53,237 bases of DNA from NCBI GenBank assembly GCA_013239625.1, contig MU053279.1:18935-72171 (forward strand). Reading direction: 5' to 3'. Source of the DNA: Lama guanicoe. Lineage: Eukaryota. Below the pieces are notes generated by a model. That model searched no databases and was not told where the DNA came from. It worked only from the letters and a program-made list of their open reading frames with translations. Shown here piece after piece: positions 36,060 to 48,357 of the stretch; position 1 is the first letter of the stretch, and every line of letters begins with the position of its first letter. The position numbers and the translations under genes were made by a program.

Positions 36060-38100
36060 CATGCCAAAATCACAGCTAACTACAGAACAACCATCGATCA
36101 AAAAGACTGGAACCTACCAGAAAAGGACACATTTCCCACTTTCTTTAAGTAAAGACATAAAGAAGGAACCACAGAGAGATGGGGAGGAGGGGCAGACTTA
36201 TGATATAACCAAATTCCACACCCCTGGATGGGGACCCACAAACTGGAGAACAATTATACTGCAGAGGCTCTCCCAGGAGTGAGGGTTCTGAGCCCCACGT
36301 CAGGCTCCCCAGCCCAGGAGTCAGGCACCCCCAGAGCACTTGACTTTGAAGGCCGGTGGGGATTAACTGCAGGAGCACGACAGAACTGGGGGAAATAGAC
36401 TTCATTCTTAGAGAACGCACACAAAATGTCCTACTCATCAGTACCCAGGGCTAAAGCCGTCCTTCCATAGGAGCCTGGGCCAGACCTACCTACTGCTCTT
36501 AGAGGGCCCAGAAATAAACACGCCCACTTACAGTCAATTAATCTTTGACAAAGGAAGTAGGAATATACAATGGAGAAGAGACAGTCTCTTCAATAAGTGG
36601 TGCTGGGAAAACTGCCTGTAAAAGACTGAAATTAGAACACTCTCTAACATCATATATTAAAATAAACTCAAAATGATTAAAGACCTAAATGTAAGACTGA
36701 ATACTCTAAAACCCCTACAGGAAAACAAAGGCAGAGCACTCTTTGACATAAATCGCAGCAGTATTTTTTTGAATTCATCTCCTCAAGTAAAGGGAATAAA
36801 AGGAAAAATAAACAAATGAACCTAATTAAACTGAAAATCTTTTGCATAGAAAAGGAAACCATTAACAAAACAAAAAGAACCTATGGCATGGGAGAAATTA
36901 TTTGCAAATAATGTGACTGACTGACAAGGGATTAATTTTCAAAATATACAAACAACTCATACAGCTCAAACCCAACGCCAACAACAAAAAACCCAAACAA
37001 ACAAACAAAAACAAATAACCCATCAAAAAATGGGCAGATCTAGATCTTTCTCCAAAGATGACATGCAGATGGCCAACAGGCAAAAGAAAAGATGTTCAAC
37101 ATCACTAATTATTAGGGAAATGCAAATCAAAACTACAATGAGGTATCACCTCCCACCAGTCAAAATGGCCATCATTAAACAGTCTACAAATAATAAATGA
37201 AAGAAAGACTGTGTAGAAAATGGAACCCTTGTACACTGCTGGTGGGAATGTAAATTGATGCAGCTACTATGGAAAACAGTATGGAGGTACCTTAAAAAAC
37301 TGAAAATAGACTTACCATGAGACCCAGTAATCCCACTCCTGGGCATATATCTGAAGAAAACTCTAATTCAGAAAGATATACACACCCCAATGTTCATAGT
37401 AGCACTCTTTACAATAGCCATGACATGGAAGCAACCTAAGTGTCCACTGGCAGATGCCTGCATAAAGAAGATGTGGTATATATACACAATGAAGTATTAT
37501 TCAGGCACAAAAAAGAATGAAATAATGCCATTCATAGCAACATGGATGGACTTAGAAATTAGATAATACTGAGTAAAGTAAGTCAAAGACAAAGGCCATA
37601 CGATTATCAGTTATATGTGGAACCTAAAAAAAAAATGATACAAATGAACTTATTTACAAACTAGAAATAGACTCAGACATAGCAAAGTATGGTTACCAAA
37701 GGGGAGAAGGGGAGGGGGAGAGATAAGTTAGGAGTTTGGGATTAACATATACACACTACTTTTATATAAAACAGATAAACAACAAGGACCTATGGTATAA
37801 CAGTATCCAGTATCTTGTGATAACCTATAGTGCAAAAAAATCTGAAAAAGAATATATATGTATGTATATGTGTTTGTGTGTGTGTGTATACATATATATA
37901 TATATTTGCTGTACATTTGAAGTTAACAATATTGTATATTTTGGGGGGGTGGTAGTAATTGGGTTTTATTTATTTTTTAATGACGGTACTGGGGATTGAA
38001 CCCAGGACCTCGTGCATGCTAAGCACCCATTGTCACTGAGCTGTACCCTTCCCCCTAACACAACATTGTAAATCAACTATACTTCAATGAAAAAGGTGGT
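36026..38100 (+). mobile_element. L1 with 5' UTR, large internal deletion, ORF2 3' part and 3' UTR
   Basis: 5' UTR (ccaagatg...aaaagactggaacctaccagaaaag...gggttctgagccccacgtcaggctccccagcc) to ~36505 is joined to ORF2 (cccagaaataaac...aatctttgacaaagg...ctggtgggaatgtaaattg...) and a 3' UTR ending aaatcaactatacttcaatgaaaaa. Confidence 0.9.
37937..38055 (-). mobile_element. vic-1-type SINE inserted in the L1 3' UTR
   Basis: ggtactggggattgaacccaggacctcgtgcatgctaagc...ctgagctgtacccttccccc; degenerate TSD taacaatattgta / taacacaacattgta. Confidence 0.88.
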
Positions 38101-38260
38101 TAAAAATTTATTGGAACACAGCCACATCCACTCCTTTATGCATTTGTATATGTGGTTGCTTTTGTGCTACAAGAGCTGAGCTGATAGTTGGAACAGTTTG
38201 CATGGCCAAGAAAGGCAACAATATTCACTAATCCTTGTCAGCACATTTTGCCGTACCCTG
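38101..38260 (+). mobile_element. MER58 right half
   Basis: aaattttattggaacacagccacatccactcctttatg...tggttgcttttgtgctacaa...atggcc...aatattcacta...tttgccgtaccctg. Confidence 0.85.
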
Positions 38261-38346
38261 ATTTAGAGGAAAGGTATACGAAAGTTCTTTATACTATTCT
38301 CGTAACTTTTCTGAAGTGTTTAAAATCAAGTTACAAATTAAAAATC
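38261..38346 (+). mobile_element. Old L1MC/ME-like 3' end, right part
   Basis: atttagaggaaaggtatacgaaagttctttatactattctcgtaacttttctg continues from ...aatctaggt at 35180. Confidence 0.75.
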
Positions 38347-39368
38347 AATACATCAAGTAATGTTAAAATTACACAAAATCTCAAATTTTCTTCAACAGGC
38401 ACCCTTGAGATTTGTTATGGGCACGTATCTACGGGGAAAAGGTGATTTTAAAAATAGCAAAGTGGCTATAAACAAGCTGTAAGAAGAAATGGAGGCTTAG
38501 AAACAAATGCTTGAGATATGAAACCCCATCCTGACTAGACAGCATGTCTTCCCACAATGTTTAAAAAGAACCTTCTAGGCTTTGTAAAGTTGTATCTACC
38601 AGGTTCTATAAACAGGTGGTTAACCACAGTCTCAGGAACCCTAAGGGTCCTGAGGCCAGAGAAGCCCCAGGCGTCCTGGGGTCCCAGGGTAATTCCACGG
38701 CGGTTGTGTGAAGACTCCAATCATCCTGACTCTGTCTTGGTTTCTAATTATAAAGCACAGGAAATGAGCCATGTGGTCCAGTTCATGTCTGAGAATGTCC
38801 CTCCATCCTCTGTCCTAAATAAACCCTTTTTGCAACATCAAAGCAAAGCATTTCTCACAGTGAAAATAGGAAATGAGTATAACCTACTTATTTTGCCATC
38901 ACAAACCATTCAATGACATGTCCTGGGCATTGATTCGCTTTCAGTAGTATTTGCACTTGCTGCGTAAAGTCATACAGAAATTCTAAAATCAGCAGAATCA
39001 GCCCATCTCTGTTACAAATCCCCCGAGGAAAAGCTGACATCGGTGCCTGGCCAATGCAGGGATGTAAAGTTTCTTCTCCCTCAGATGAGGAAGCTTAGGT
39101 CCTAATGTGAACATTTTTCTAAAGAGAAGTGGAGAAGTGACCCTCAGTGGGAAATGTACCACAGAAGCAGACGGCTCAGTCAGATGATGTCCACAGACAG
39201 CCTCTCCTCCCAGAAAACTAAAAGTGTGCATTTCACCCACGTGCTGAAAAACTCAATGACAGCTAGAAGATATTTCTCTGTGTCATTTCAAGGCCAGAAG
39301 GTATAACATGCACACACACGTACACTTTTTATTATAGTTTGATCACAGCATCTGTATCTTTTTTGCAG

Positions 39369-39413
39369 GTACCAAATCAACCACCCCCTCTTTCTCCCAT
39401 GTGACCCCCTCAG
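39369..39413 (+). other. Candidate 45-nt symmetric micro-exon
   Basis: tgtatcttttttgcag|GTACC...CTCAG|gtaatc; phase-1 reading TKSTTPSFSHVTPS. Confidence 0.2.
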
Positions 39414-39949
39414 GTAATCAAAATACCTCAGGGAAGCTGTCATCACCATTAGTCAGATGTTCAGGCTAAATCAAGAGCCATCTCGTGCTTCCATTTTGTC
39501 CGATTCTGCACAGCTCCATGGGAGTTCCCTGTCACAGCGGACTGCGGGCTTAAACAGTCAGGCGCCACCTCCCTGGTGAAAGCCAGAACTGAATCCTCAC
39601 AGCAGGGTCCTGATGTGGCTGAGGCCCAGGTTAAGGGACTCCTCCTGACATGGCCCAAGCTGAATGGAGATTAGGACTTCCCTCCCTTCATGCCACATTT
39701 AAAACCTTAGGCCAGTCTAGCATTGATCCTTATCTCTGTATATATTTTTCCTACACATTTTCTTAACAATGCACAATTCTTCAGAAATCGTGTAATTGGT
39801 GGTGTTGGAGAGCCGTGTCAATCGTGTTCCCAAGCTGGGTGGCCTGCTATCCTTTTCCCCCTGAGCTCCTGGGCTTATAAACTGTGACATACGTCACGGG
39901 AGTCACTCAGCTTTGCAAATTTGCCCCTATGTTAAGCCTCTCAGAGCTA

Positions 39950-40022
39950 TTTTTTAAAAAATTTTTTTATTGTAGTCAGTTTACAATGTGTCAGTTTCTG
40001 GTGTACAGCATAATATTTCAGT
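39950..40022 (-). mobile_element. Very short L1 3' tail
   Basis: tttttattgtagtcagtttacaatgtgtcagtttctggtgtacagcataat, same family as 11502-11611. Confidence 0.7.
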
Positions 40023-40941
40023 ATCTTATTTGTACTCTGTGCTCTGGGTTAGTAAGATTGTTTATATCAGCAATATATAAGAAGGGCCTACCTAGACAGA
40101 CACTCTGGCTAATTATTTTTGAGAAATTGGATCTACTTGTCTGAGAGGTGAGTGATCGTGGCAGGTACTAAGCAAGAATGCAGGAAAGAAACAAATCCTT
40201 ACTGTCAAATTGTCCAGAGTGTCAGCAGCAGCCCTTTTCGCACAGATGCAGCCTGTTACACTGACAGCTTAATACGGATCTGCAGGGTTCGCCTGCCGAC
40301 GCTTGCAGCTCCAGGAACACACGGCATGCTCTTGAAAGGACCGGGGAGCCAAAGCTCATGAGGATGCTCCTGTTTCCTGTCTCCTGTGCCAGATCAAAGC
40401 ACCCCAGCTTTGTCACCAGTAAAGGGCCTCTGGGACATGAGGGCATCTCTGAACAAACCCATTCATGCAGGCATAATGTGGGAGGTCTGCTCAAAATTAA
40501 TGATTGAGGCGTAATACTTGTTTCTTTACAGAAGCTGAAAAGAAAACCCTGGGGAGGAGGCTGTGGAGTAGTTGGGGTGGGGGACCCTATTTATATAGAA
40601 CCTATTCAGCCTTTCAACTCACACTCAGAACTTGCACAATCTCACTTGGATATTTAGCTTTGTTCTCCCTTCACCCCCAAAAGAGTGATACTGAGGTTCT
40701 TGTGTCCCATGGAAGTCCTTTATAATAAAGCAACAATTACAGTGACTTGTGTGCCCAGTCAAAACTAACAGCAAGTGCAAACTTAGCAAGTCTGTATCAC
40801 AATGAAAGTTTGGTAATGATTCAGAGTTTGCGCAGGGCTAGAAAAGCCTTCCTTACACCGTGGGCAAGGCGGACAAGGGTTTCTTAGCTAATTTCCCCTC
40901 ATGACTCTTTTGACCTGAGACACACAATTAAGAACCAACCA

Positions 40942-41039
40942 CACTGTAAAATGATTATGAATCAATAAAAAATGTAAAAAATAAAAATTAAAAAAATAAA
41001 TAAAAGCAGTATAAAGAACCAAAAAAAAAAAAGAGAGAA
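40942..41039 (+). mobile_element. Minimal L1 3' insertion with two A-tails and a 12-bp TSD
   Basis: TSD aagaaccaacca at 40930-40941 and 41040-41051 after tt; gtaaaatgattatgaatcaataaaaaatgtaaaaa matches the L1 end at ~134-170. Confidence 0.85.
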
Positions 41040-41204
41040 AAGAACCAACCAAAGAAGTTTCCTTTTGTTTTGTATGTTACAACTCAGCAAACTGAACCCC
41101 ATCTGATGAAGTCTAGGCTCACTTTTTCCACTCCTTTATTCAATCATCGGTTGCTCTGCTGAACCAAAAAGTGCAGAAGAAGAAGGCATTTTGCATCATC
41201 TTGA

Positions 41205-41429
41205 GTAGTGGTACCCAATAATGCATGAGTGGAAGTGCTGTATGCGTGCGCTGCCCGATATGGTAGCCATAGGTCAGAGATGAGAGACATACATGACCTA
41301 TAATACAGTGAGGGCTTGAAATCTGCCCTGTGTAACCAAGATACTAAACATTTAATTTTACTGCATTTTAATTCATTTAAATTTGCACAGCCATATGTGG
41401 CTAGTGGCCACCAAATTGGAGAGGACAAG
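41205..41429 (+). mobile_element. MER3 (hAT-Charlie)
   Basis: tgcgctgcccgatatggtagcca...cttgaaat...ttttaattcatttaaattt...agccatatgtggctagtggccaccaaattggagaggaca. Confidence 0.85.
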
Positions 41430-41519
41430 TTAAGAGTGTTAAAAGAAAGTACAAGAGTTTGACTTCAGCGTCCATCATACACTCCCTCTAGTGGGAAAGG
41501 GAATAAAAAGTACACTTCC

Positions 41520-41956
41520 CAGATGACCTTATCACTAAGATTCTGAATTTAATTTGGCTATGCTAATGAACGCACTGATGCAGCATTTGAAGGCAGAAGA
41601 GAAGCAGAAGGGGTTTTCCTTGCCTGTCCCGTGTTCACTGTGTCTGCTGTTCAGAAACACAGTGGAAGAGGAAAGATTTTCTGCCTGTAGTCCTCAAGTC
41701 CTCAGCTTCCTGGATGCCTCCTGGGGAGACTTCACTGGAGGGGATGCTGGGCTCTGAGATAATAGTTCCTGAGAGGCCTCAGAGCCAGCGAGAAGGTCAG
41801 CTCTACAGTGCACTGGAGTCATTTCTGCAGGTCTGGATAGAGCCCCTTCCTTCAACACTTCCAGTCATTTTAGGAGCACCAAATTCCCTGTATTAAATTC
41901 CTTCCTGTTTATGTACCTAGAGCAGTTTGTTTCCTTCATCAACGCTGGCTGACACA
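41520..41956 (+). mobile_element. ERVL-type (LTR16/33/41-like) solo LTR fragment
   Basis: aattccctgtattaaattccttcctgttt...acctagagcagtttgtttcct...ctggctgacaca 3' end; the 5' boundary is uncertain. Confidence 0.65.
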
Positions 41957-42104
41957 AGGGACTAAAGATGACAGATGTGCATTCAAATTTAACCCCTATG
42001 CTATCAAAAATGTGAAGAATATAGCCACGGCTTCTCTGATTGTCTGCTGTGTCACCCATGTTAATTTATAAACGGCCTTCACTTTGTTACCTCTCTACCT
42101 TCCC

Positions 42105-42420
42105 AGCATGCGTATTTGTTGAGCCACATCTATGCGTCTTACACTCTGAGAGACATGGGGAAAACATAGACACAGGGAAAACATGGACACGTAAGACAGA
42201 CAGTCTGCCTACTTCAACCTTAAGTGTGCTGGAGGGCAAAATTAATCAAGCCATTATGACACGTGGGATCAATGCTATAGAAAAAGGAGAGAAGGACCAG
42301 TGGCGACCACCTCCCTCTGGCACGGAGTTGGCCAGAGCTCCCTGGGTGAAGGGATGACTAGACAGAAAACAGAACAATGAGCAGGAAGAGAGTGAGGAAC
42401 AAAAGCAAGTGGGATGTTCG
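42105..42420 (-). mobile_element. L2 fragment
   Basis: cagcatgcgtatttgttgagccacatctatgcg...gtaagacagacagtctgcct. Confidence 0.55.
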
Positions 42421-45242
42421 TGTCAGATTTGATCTTTAGAAGCATGAAAATAAAGCTGTAAATTTCAGCAATGTAGATCCACCCCAAAGGTTTCTGCTGG
42501 GTTGTGAAATGAAAGGTGTTTGTGATTTATAACACACAGGCTACTCAGAGTAAGCTGTAGCTTTTGAGCAAAGAGAATCTGGGATCTTAGCGAGCCTTAG
42601 AGTAATTGCTGAATGTGTTTCCAGAAGCATCACAGGCATGATGTCAAAGTGTAAAACAGAGGACAGAAAATAACTCTGTTATTGAAGAAATTTATGTTCC
42701 CTTTATCAGAGACAAATGATCTAGCTTCTGTTTCTCCAAATATCCAGGGACATTTCTAGAACCAGTCCTTTAGTGACCTAATAAATACAGCCTGGGAGAG
42801 AGAGCTGCCTTATGAAATGGTAAAATTCCTAAGAAAGATTTCATGCACTTGAAAAGAACATAGAGTCAGACACTCCTATATTATTACAGACACATGTGGT
42901 ATTTATGACATAGTTGGTATATTGAAGCCTGCTTTCTTCCATTTTAGGGGAGCTTAAAAATAGTCTCCCTCACACATAAAACTATTTAGGAAAGTTTAGA
43001 TAAGATGTACAAACCCAATAAATCTGAGCAGGCAGCTCAGGGTAATGGCAGACGACTCCATTGGGCAGTGTAACTGCTGTCTCTATAATAAAGCCAAGAG
43101 TATTTCTCCCACAGGTTTTATGATTTTCTGCCCAATTCAATTTGTTGTCCATTTGTGAGTTCATGAGACTGACCTAAAACACGTTGAATCTGCTGAATAA
43201 TGTAGCAGTGAACTCAGCCAAGACCTGCTCAGCGATGGTAATGCAACCACATCACGGAGGGCCAAGCACGTCTGACTGATTCCTGGTGGCACCTAATAAG
43301 TGCACTTTTACACGGTGAGCGACGCTCTTCCTCTGTTTCTTTCATATGCTTGCAAATCTCTACATGTTTCTGCAAAACAGTATGAACTCGTACCCAGTGT
43401 ATGAACTGTGCATAGGAAATGCGACTGACTCATATACAGACCGTATTTCAGAGGAGGCACAGCAAAGCAAAACAGAAGGGTCCCTTCTACAGGAAATGCA
43501 GTCTGCTCATTCCTCCTAGAGAGTCAAGACTTGTCCAGCAGAGTAAGTCCTTCTCGTGAAGCGATGACCTTCTCTTGCTTTTATTTTTTGGAAATGAAGT
43601 TGCTGCCATTTGCTAATGAGGCAGACCAGGGACACTCATGTGCAGAGATGGCTCCCAGTACCCTCTCCAGCCCATCCACACCCAGAGTAAGCTGGGAAGA
43701 CAAAATGAGCTTGTGCCTGGTGGACAAGGATCATTTCTCAGGAATTTACAGACGACCTAGCAGTCAGAGAAGGGGGGCAGGCCCCTTGGTGCGCTGTCAT
43801 TTTGTCCTTTTGTCCATCCTCCTGGCCCGGCTTCCCCACCTTCCCGTAGCACCATCACCACTGCCTGCATGGTCCTCCCGCAGCACTGTCACCGCTCCCT
43901 GCATGGCTAGGCAGCCAGAGGCAGGGCTTTTCACTCCGAATTTCATGGCCTGATAAAATGCAAGGGCTGTTTTCCTGGGGACCTGAAAGCCCTCCTTTGT
44001 GAGCTGGTGGAGGGTCAGGTTAAGTCCTGCGTTTTGGCAGCAGGCATCTGTTTGTTTTCAGCGAGGTCTCCCAACAGAAGGGAGGGAGGGAGGCAGAGAG
44101 GTCAGTTCAGAAAGCCCTCTTGGCAGGGCAAGCCCCCTTCTGCCTGCACTCGACAGACATCAGGCACTTGTAAATCGGCTGCCCACCACACCGATAGCCC
44201 GACCGAATCAATTCAATTAAGCGGTGAGACACTGAGCCTTCTCTGTCTTGCAGACTCAGCTCTCACTTGTTGCTTTAAGGGGGTGGGGAGCAAAGCATAG
44301 CCTTTTGCTCAGACTTTTTAATTAGCAAAAGGAACCTGTAGGAAACATTGACTACTTATGGGCCTTTTTTTTTCTGCTTGCAATAAAATCGTAGAACTTT
44401 GAAATTAATGCTTCTCAATTCAGGAAACTTGTTGGGCTATTAAGAGACATTTGCTATTCTAGTCCGGTAAAGAGCTCATTCTATCAAAAGTCTCTATGAG
44501 AAAGCTTTTGCAGAACATGACTAATCTTGATTATTTCTGTAAGTCATAGCTACAATGTCTACTCCAGAAAGAAACCAACAGGTAGAGACAGTCCCTAAAA
44601 ACTTAAATCACTGAATATGACCCAGACCAGTAGTTCAAAAACACAGTTTTCTAATGTCATTATAATTGGCAGAGTGATGCTTTCTCATTGTAACAGGATT
44701 GTACTTTCTCCAACACTATTCTTCAAGATGATACTTCAGTAGATCAGCTTATATGAAGAAAAATAAGCATTTGTATATTGGGAGAAGTAATTACTGGAAA
44801 TAAGCAGATTAGTCAGACACAGGGAATCCCAAAGAGAAAGGAATTCTACAGGCAAGAAAGCAATAAAAAATAATATATTTGATGAATCTGAAGTCATTGT
44901 AAACATAACCGGTACAGATACACACACACACACAGAGCAAAGAAGTAAAAGCAGTACATCGCCAACTATGCAATTCTTCTTTGGTAAATGAGGGGATAAT
45001 AATCAGATGTGTGGGAAGAGGGGAAAAGAGGCTTCAGGAAAGTGTTCGGTGAAATAGAATAGTGATCCTAACATTCATCTTCTCATTAGACTATTTTATT
45101 TCCTGTGATCCCCTTTTTCTCCCTTTTCTGTAAGGTGGATGCAATTACTCCAGCGATCTTTTTAAAAGAAAGACAATATGCATTGGAAAATTAACCCCTT
45201 TAACAACTGTCATCCTTCCTCACTCCATTAGAATATTATAAA

Positions 45243-45605
45243 GACAAACATAATATGATATCACTTATATGTAGAATCTTTAAAAAAGATACAAATTTTA
45301 TTTACAAACCAAAAATAGACTCACTCACGGACTTAGAAAACAAACCATGGTTACCAAAGGGGAAAGGGCAGGGAGGGATAAATTAGGGGTTAGGGTTTAA
45401 AAGACACACATGACTATATATAAAATCAATGAACAAGGACCTACTATACAGCATGGTGAACAATATTCAATATCTCATAATAATCTATAATGGAAAAGAA
45501 TCTGAGAAAATATGTGTATATATATGTATAATTGAATCACTTTGCTGTATACCTGAAACTAACACTGTAAGTCAACTGCACGTCAATAAAATATTTTTTA
45601 AAAAG
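45243..45605 (+). mobile_element. 5'-truncated L1 3' UTR with TSD
   Basis: gacaaacataatatgatatcacttatatgtagaatct...ggttaccaaaggggaaaggg...caataaaa; TSD agaatatta(t/c)aaa at 45230-45242 and 45606-45618. Confidence 0.92.
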
Positions 45606-46089
45606 AGAATATTACAAACACAAAGTGCAAGACCCGAAAATCAGAAGATGAAAAAGCAAACCACAAACACGGACACATACAAATACACACGCCTTTTTGA
45701 CTGGAGACCTCGTGGATTTCTTCAAGCCCAGAGAGATGCCACCTCCAATACTAGATACAGAACCTGGTTACGTCCATGTGCCCACAGAATGTCACTCTGA
45801 CAGAGTGACAGAAATGGTGTGGATGTGTGGGGGCAGCCGACTCATCTCTCCTCAAAAGTGTTAACCACATCGCCCCCACGCGGATTTAAGGTTAGTGTTT
45901 AGCGTTCCAGAAAGGCACCACTCTGGATTCGTGCTGCTGTTGCAGTCTTCATGTCAGACACTTGAGTTTTATTACATCAGGAATTTGCAATGTGGACCAA
46001 CGCCAAAACAGAGTTTATATTCATATTATAACAGACGGTTCTACAATAACTTTAATGCAAAATTTTAAGGATAAACTAAGTCCAAGAGG

Positions 46090-46286
46090 TTTATAATTCC
46101 ATCCATACCACCCAACATTTGTACATAAATCTTAGTAACAGCACTATTCATAGTAGTCAAAAAGTGGAAACAAGCCTCATGCCCTTTAATTCATGAATGA
46201 GTAAATGAAATGAAAATGCACAATGGAATATTATTTGGTAATGAAAAGGGTGGAATACTGATGAGATACTTGCTACAGTACAGATG
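46090..46286 (+). mobile_element. Old L1M ORF2-end/3' fragment running into the gap
   Basis: cagcactattcatagtagtcaaaaagtggaaacaa...cacaatggaatattatttgg. Confidence 0.75.
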
Positions 46287-46985
46287 NNNNNNNNNNNNNN
46301 NNNNNNNNNNNNNNNNNNNNNNNNNNNNNNNNNNNNNNNNNNNNNNNNNNNNNNNNNNNNNNNNNNNNNNNNNNNNNNNNNNNNNNNNNNNNNNNNNNNN
46401 NNNNNNNNNNNNNNNNNNNNNNNNNNNNNNNNNNNNNNNNNNNNNNNNNNNNNNNNNNNNNNNNNNNNNNNNNNNNNNNNNNNNNNNNNNNNNNNNNNNN
46501 NNNNNNNNNNNNNNNNNNNNNNNNNNNNNNNNNNNNNNNNNNNNNNNNNNNNNNNNNNNNNNNNNNNNNNNNNNNNNNNNNNNNNNNNNNNNNNNNNNNN
46601 NNNNNNNNNNNNNNNNNNNNNNNNNNNNNNNNNNNNNNNNNNNNNNNNNNNNNNNNNNNNNNNNNNNNNNNNNNNNNNNNNNNNNNNNNNNNNNNNNNNN
46701 NNNNNNNNNNNNNNNNNNNNNNNNNNNNNNNNNNNNNNNNNNNNNNNNNNNNNNNNNNNNNNNNNNNNNNNNNNNNNNNNNNNNNNNNNNNNNNNNNNNN
46801 NNNNNNNNNNNNNNNNNNNNNNNNNNNNNNNNNNNNNNNNNNNNNNNNNNNNNNNNNNNNNNNNNNNNNNNNNNNNNNNNNNNNNNNNNNNNNNNNNNNN
46901 NNNNNNNNNNNNNNNNNNNNNNNNNNNNNNNNNNNNNNNNNNNNNNNNNNNNNNNNNNNNNNNNNNNNNNNNNNNNNNNNNNNNN
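46287..46985. other. Assembly gap (699 N)
   Basis: Run of N. Confidence 1.
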
Positions 46986-48170
46986 TGCAAGAATTGGCAC
47001 TCATTTATTCATTCCTAACAGTGCATATGTTATCCAGGAAAGGCCTTTATCATGAAAACAAAAAATAGGAGGTGTGTCTGCAATTTGTAATCACCAGATT
47101 CTCTGCTAATCAATCAATGTAGCAAAATGATGTATGACCCTGAGATACAGGTGACCATGATTTTAAGCTTAAATCCATCGTTGCATGACTGAATCTGGCC
47201 CTTCCATTCTCATACCATAATTATGAAGACTCAACTTCAAGTACAAGTCCCTCAACATGCAAGCCCGGGTTCCTTGTGGGAGAAGTGCATTGAGGCAGAA
47301 GAGTACCTGAGAGGTGTGTGCAACCTCACATCAATGGAGGGGGGTCAACATGTCCAGCTGCCCAGTGGTGGAAGGAATGCCCGTGGCCACTTGACCCAGA
47401 AGGGTGACCCAAAAGGCTTTTGGTAAAGGTCAGCAGAGCATGAACTGCCTAAGATTTCTGACTACTGGCCTGGCCTTCCAATACAGGAAGACTTCTCATG
47501 AAGTCCCTCTGATTTTGGAAAAAGATTGACTGTTTTAAAACTCCCCATATTTACTTTTGCAAAAGAGGCAAGAGTATCTCTAGCTATACCTAGGCTTCTA
47601 GACTTACGGGAACCCTTACCTGGGGAAGGAGGGCACTGTGATAAGTGATGTCTATCACAGACTCTACTTTCCAAGTTAGTAAAGAGCAGAGGAGCAGCTG
47701 CTGACTTCGGGGACAAGAGTCATAAGCGTGGGACAGTCGCGGGAGACACCTCCAGGCGTGTGAGACCTGAATTCTGTAGGTCTAGCAGTTTGCTGCTAGT
47801 ACATTCAAGTGCTTTGAGAGAGGCTACTTGAAATGACATCATACTTCTCAGCATGAACATAAAGGTAGACTGTAACAGCCACCTTCCATCTTTACTTGAC
47901 GGCAATAAAAGCTTTATATCTTCTGTATGTTGCAATTATTAGTAAAGTAAAGGCTACCCCTGCACCCCCCAAAATGGGAAAGTCTTGAAAACAGAATCTT
48001 ATCTGAAGAGAACATGTCACATGGCATTTGCATTACTTCTGAGATCAAGGTTGAGGGCTGCCACCCGAAGTGGCACAATGTGTCGCATGCTGGGAAAATC
48101 TGTTCTACCTCCGAGAGCAACGTGAGCAGACTTCTGGTAAGAGATGCACTGTTCATCCTGAGGACACAGG

Positions 48171-48357
48171 CAGGGTTTCTCAGCTGTGGCACTGTGGACA
48201 TTTGGGGTTGGATGTATCGTTGCTGAGGGAGGCTGAGCTGTGTTGTAGGGTGCTAGCAACACCCCTGACCCCCACCCACTAAACACCAGCAGCACCTCCA
48301 TCTCCATCTGTGAAAACCCAGAATGTCTCAAAATACGGCCCCTGGTTGGAACCAATG
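48171..48357 (-). mobile_element. MER20 (hAT-Charlie)
   Basis: cagggtttctcagctgtggcactgtggacatttggggttggat...ttgtagggtgctagcaacacccctgacc...aatgtctc...cccctggttggaaccaatg. Confidence 0.85.

Noticed and set aside
46157..47055. Five long ORFs (243-281 aa)
   Set aside because: Artefacts of translating the N gap.
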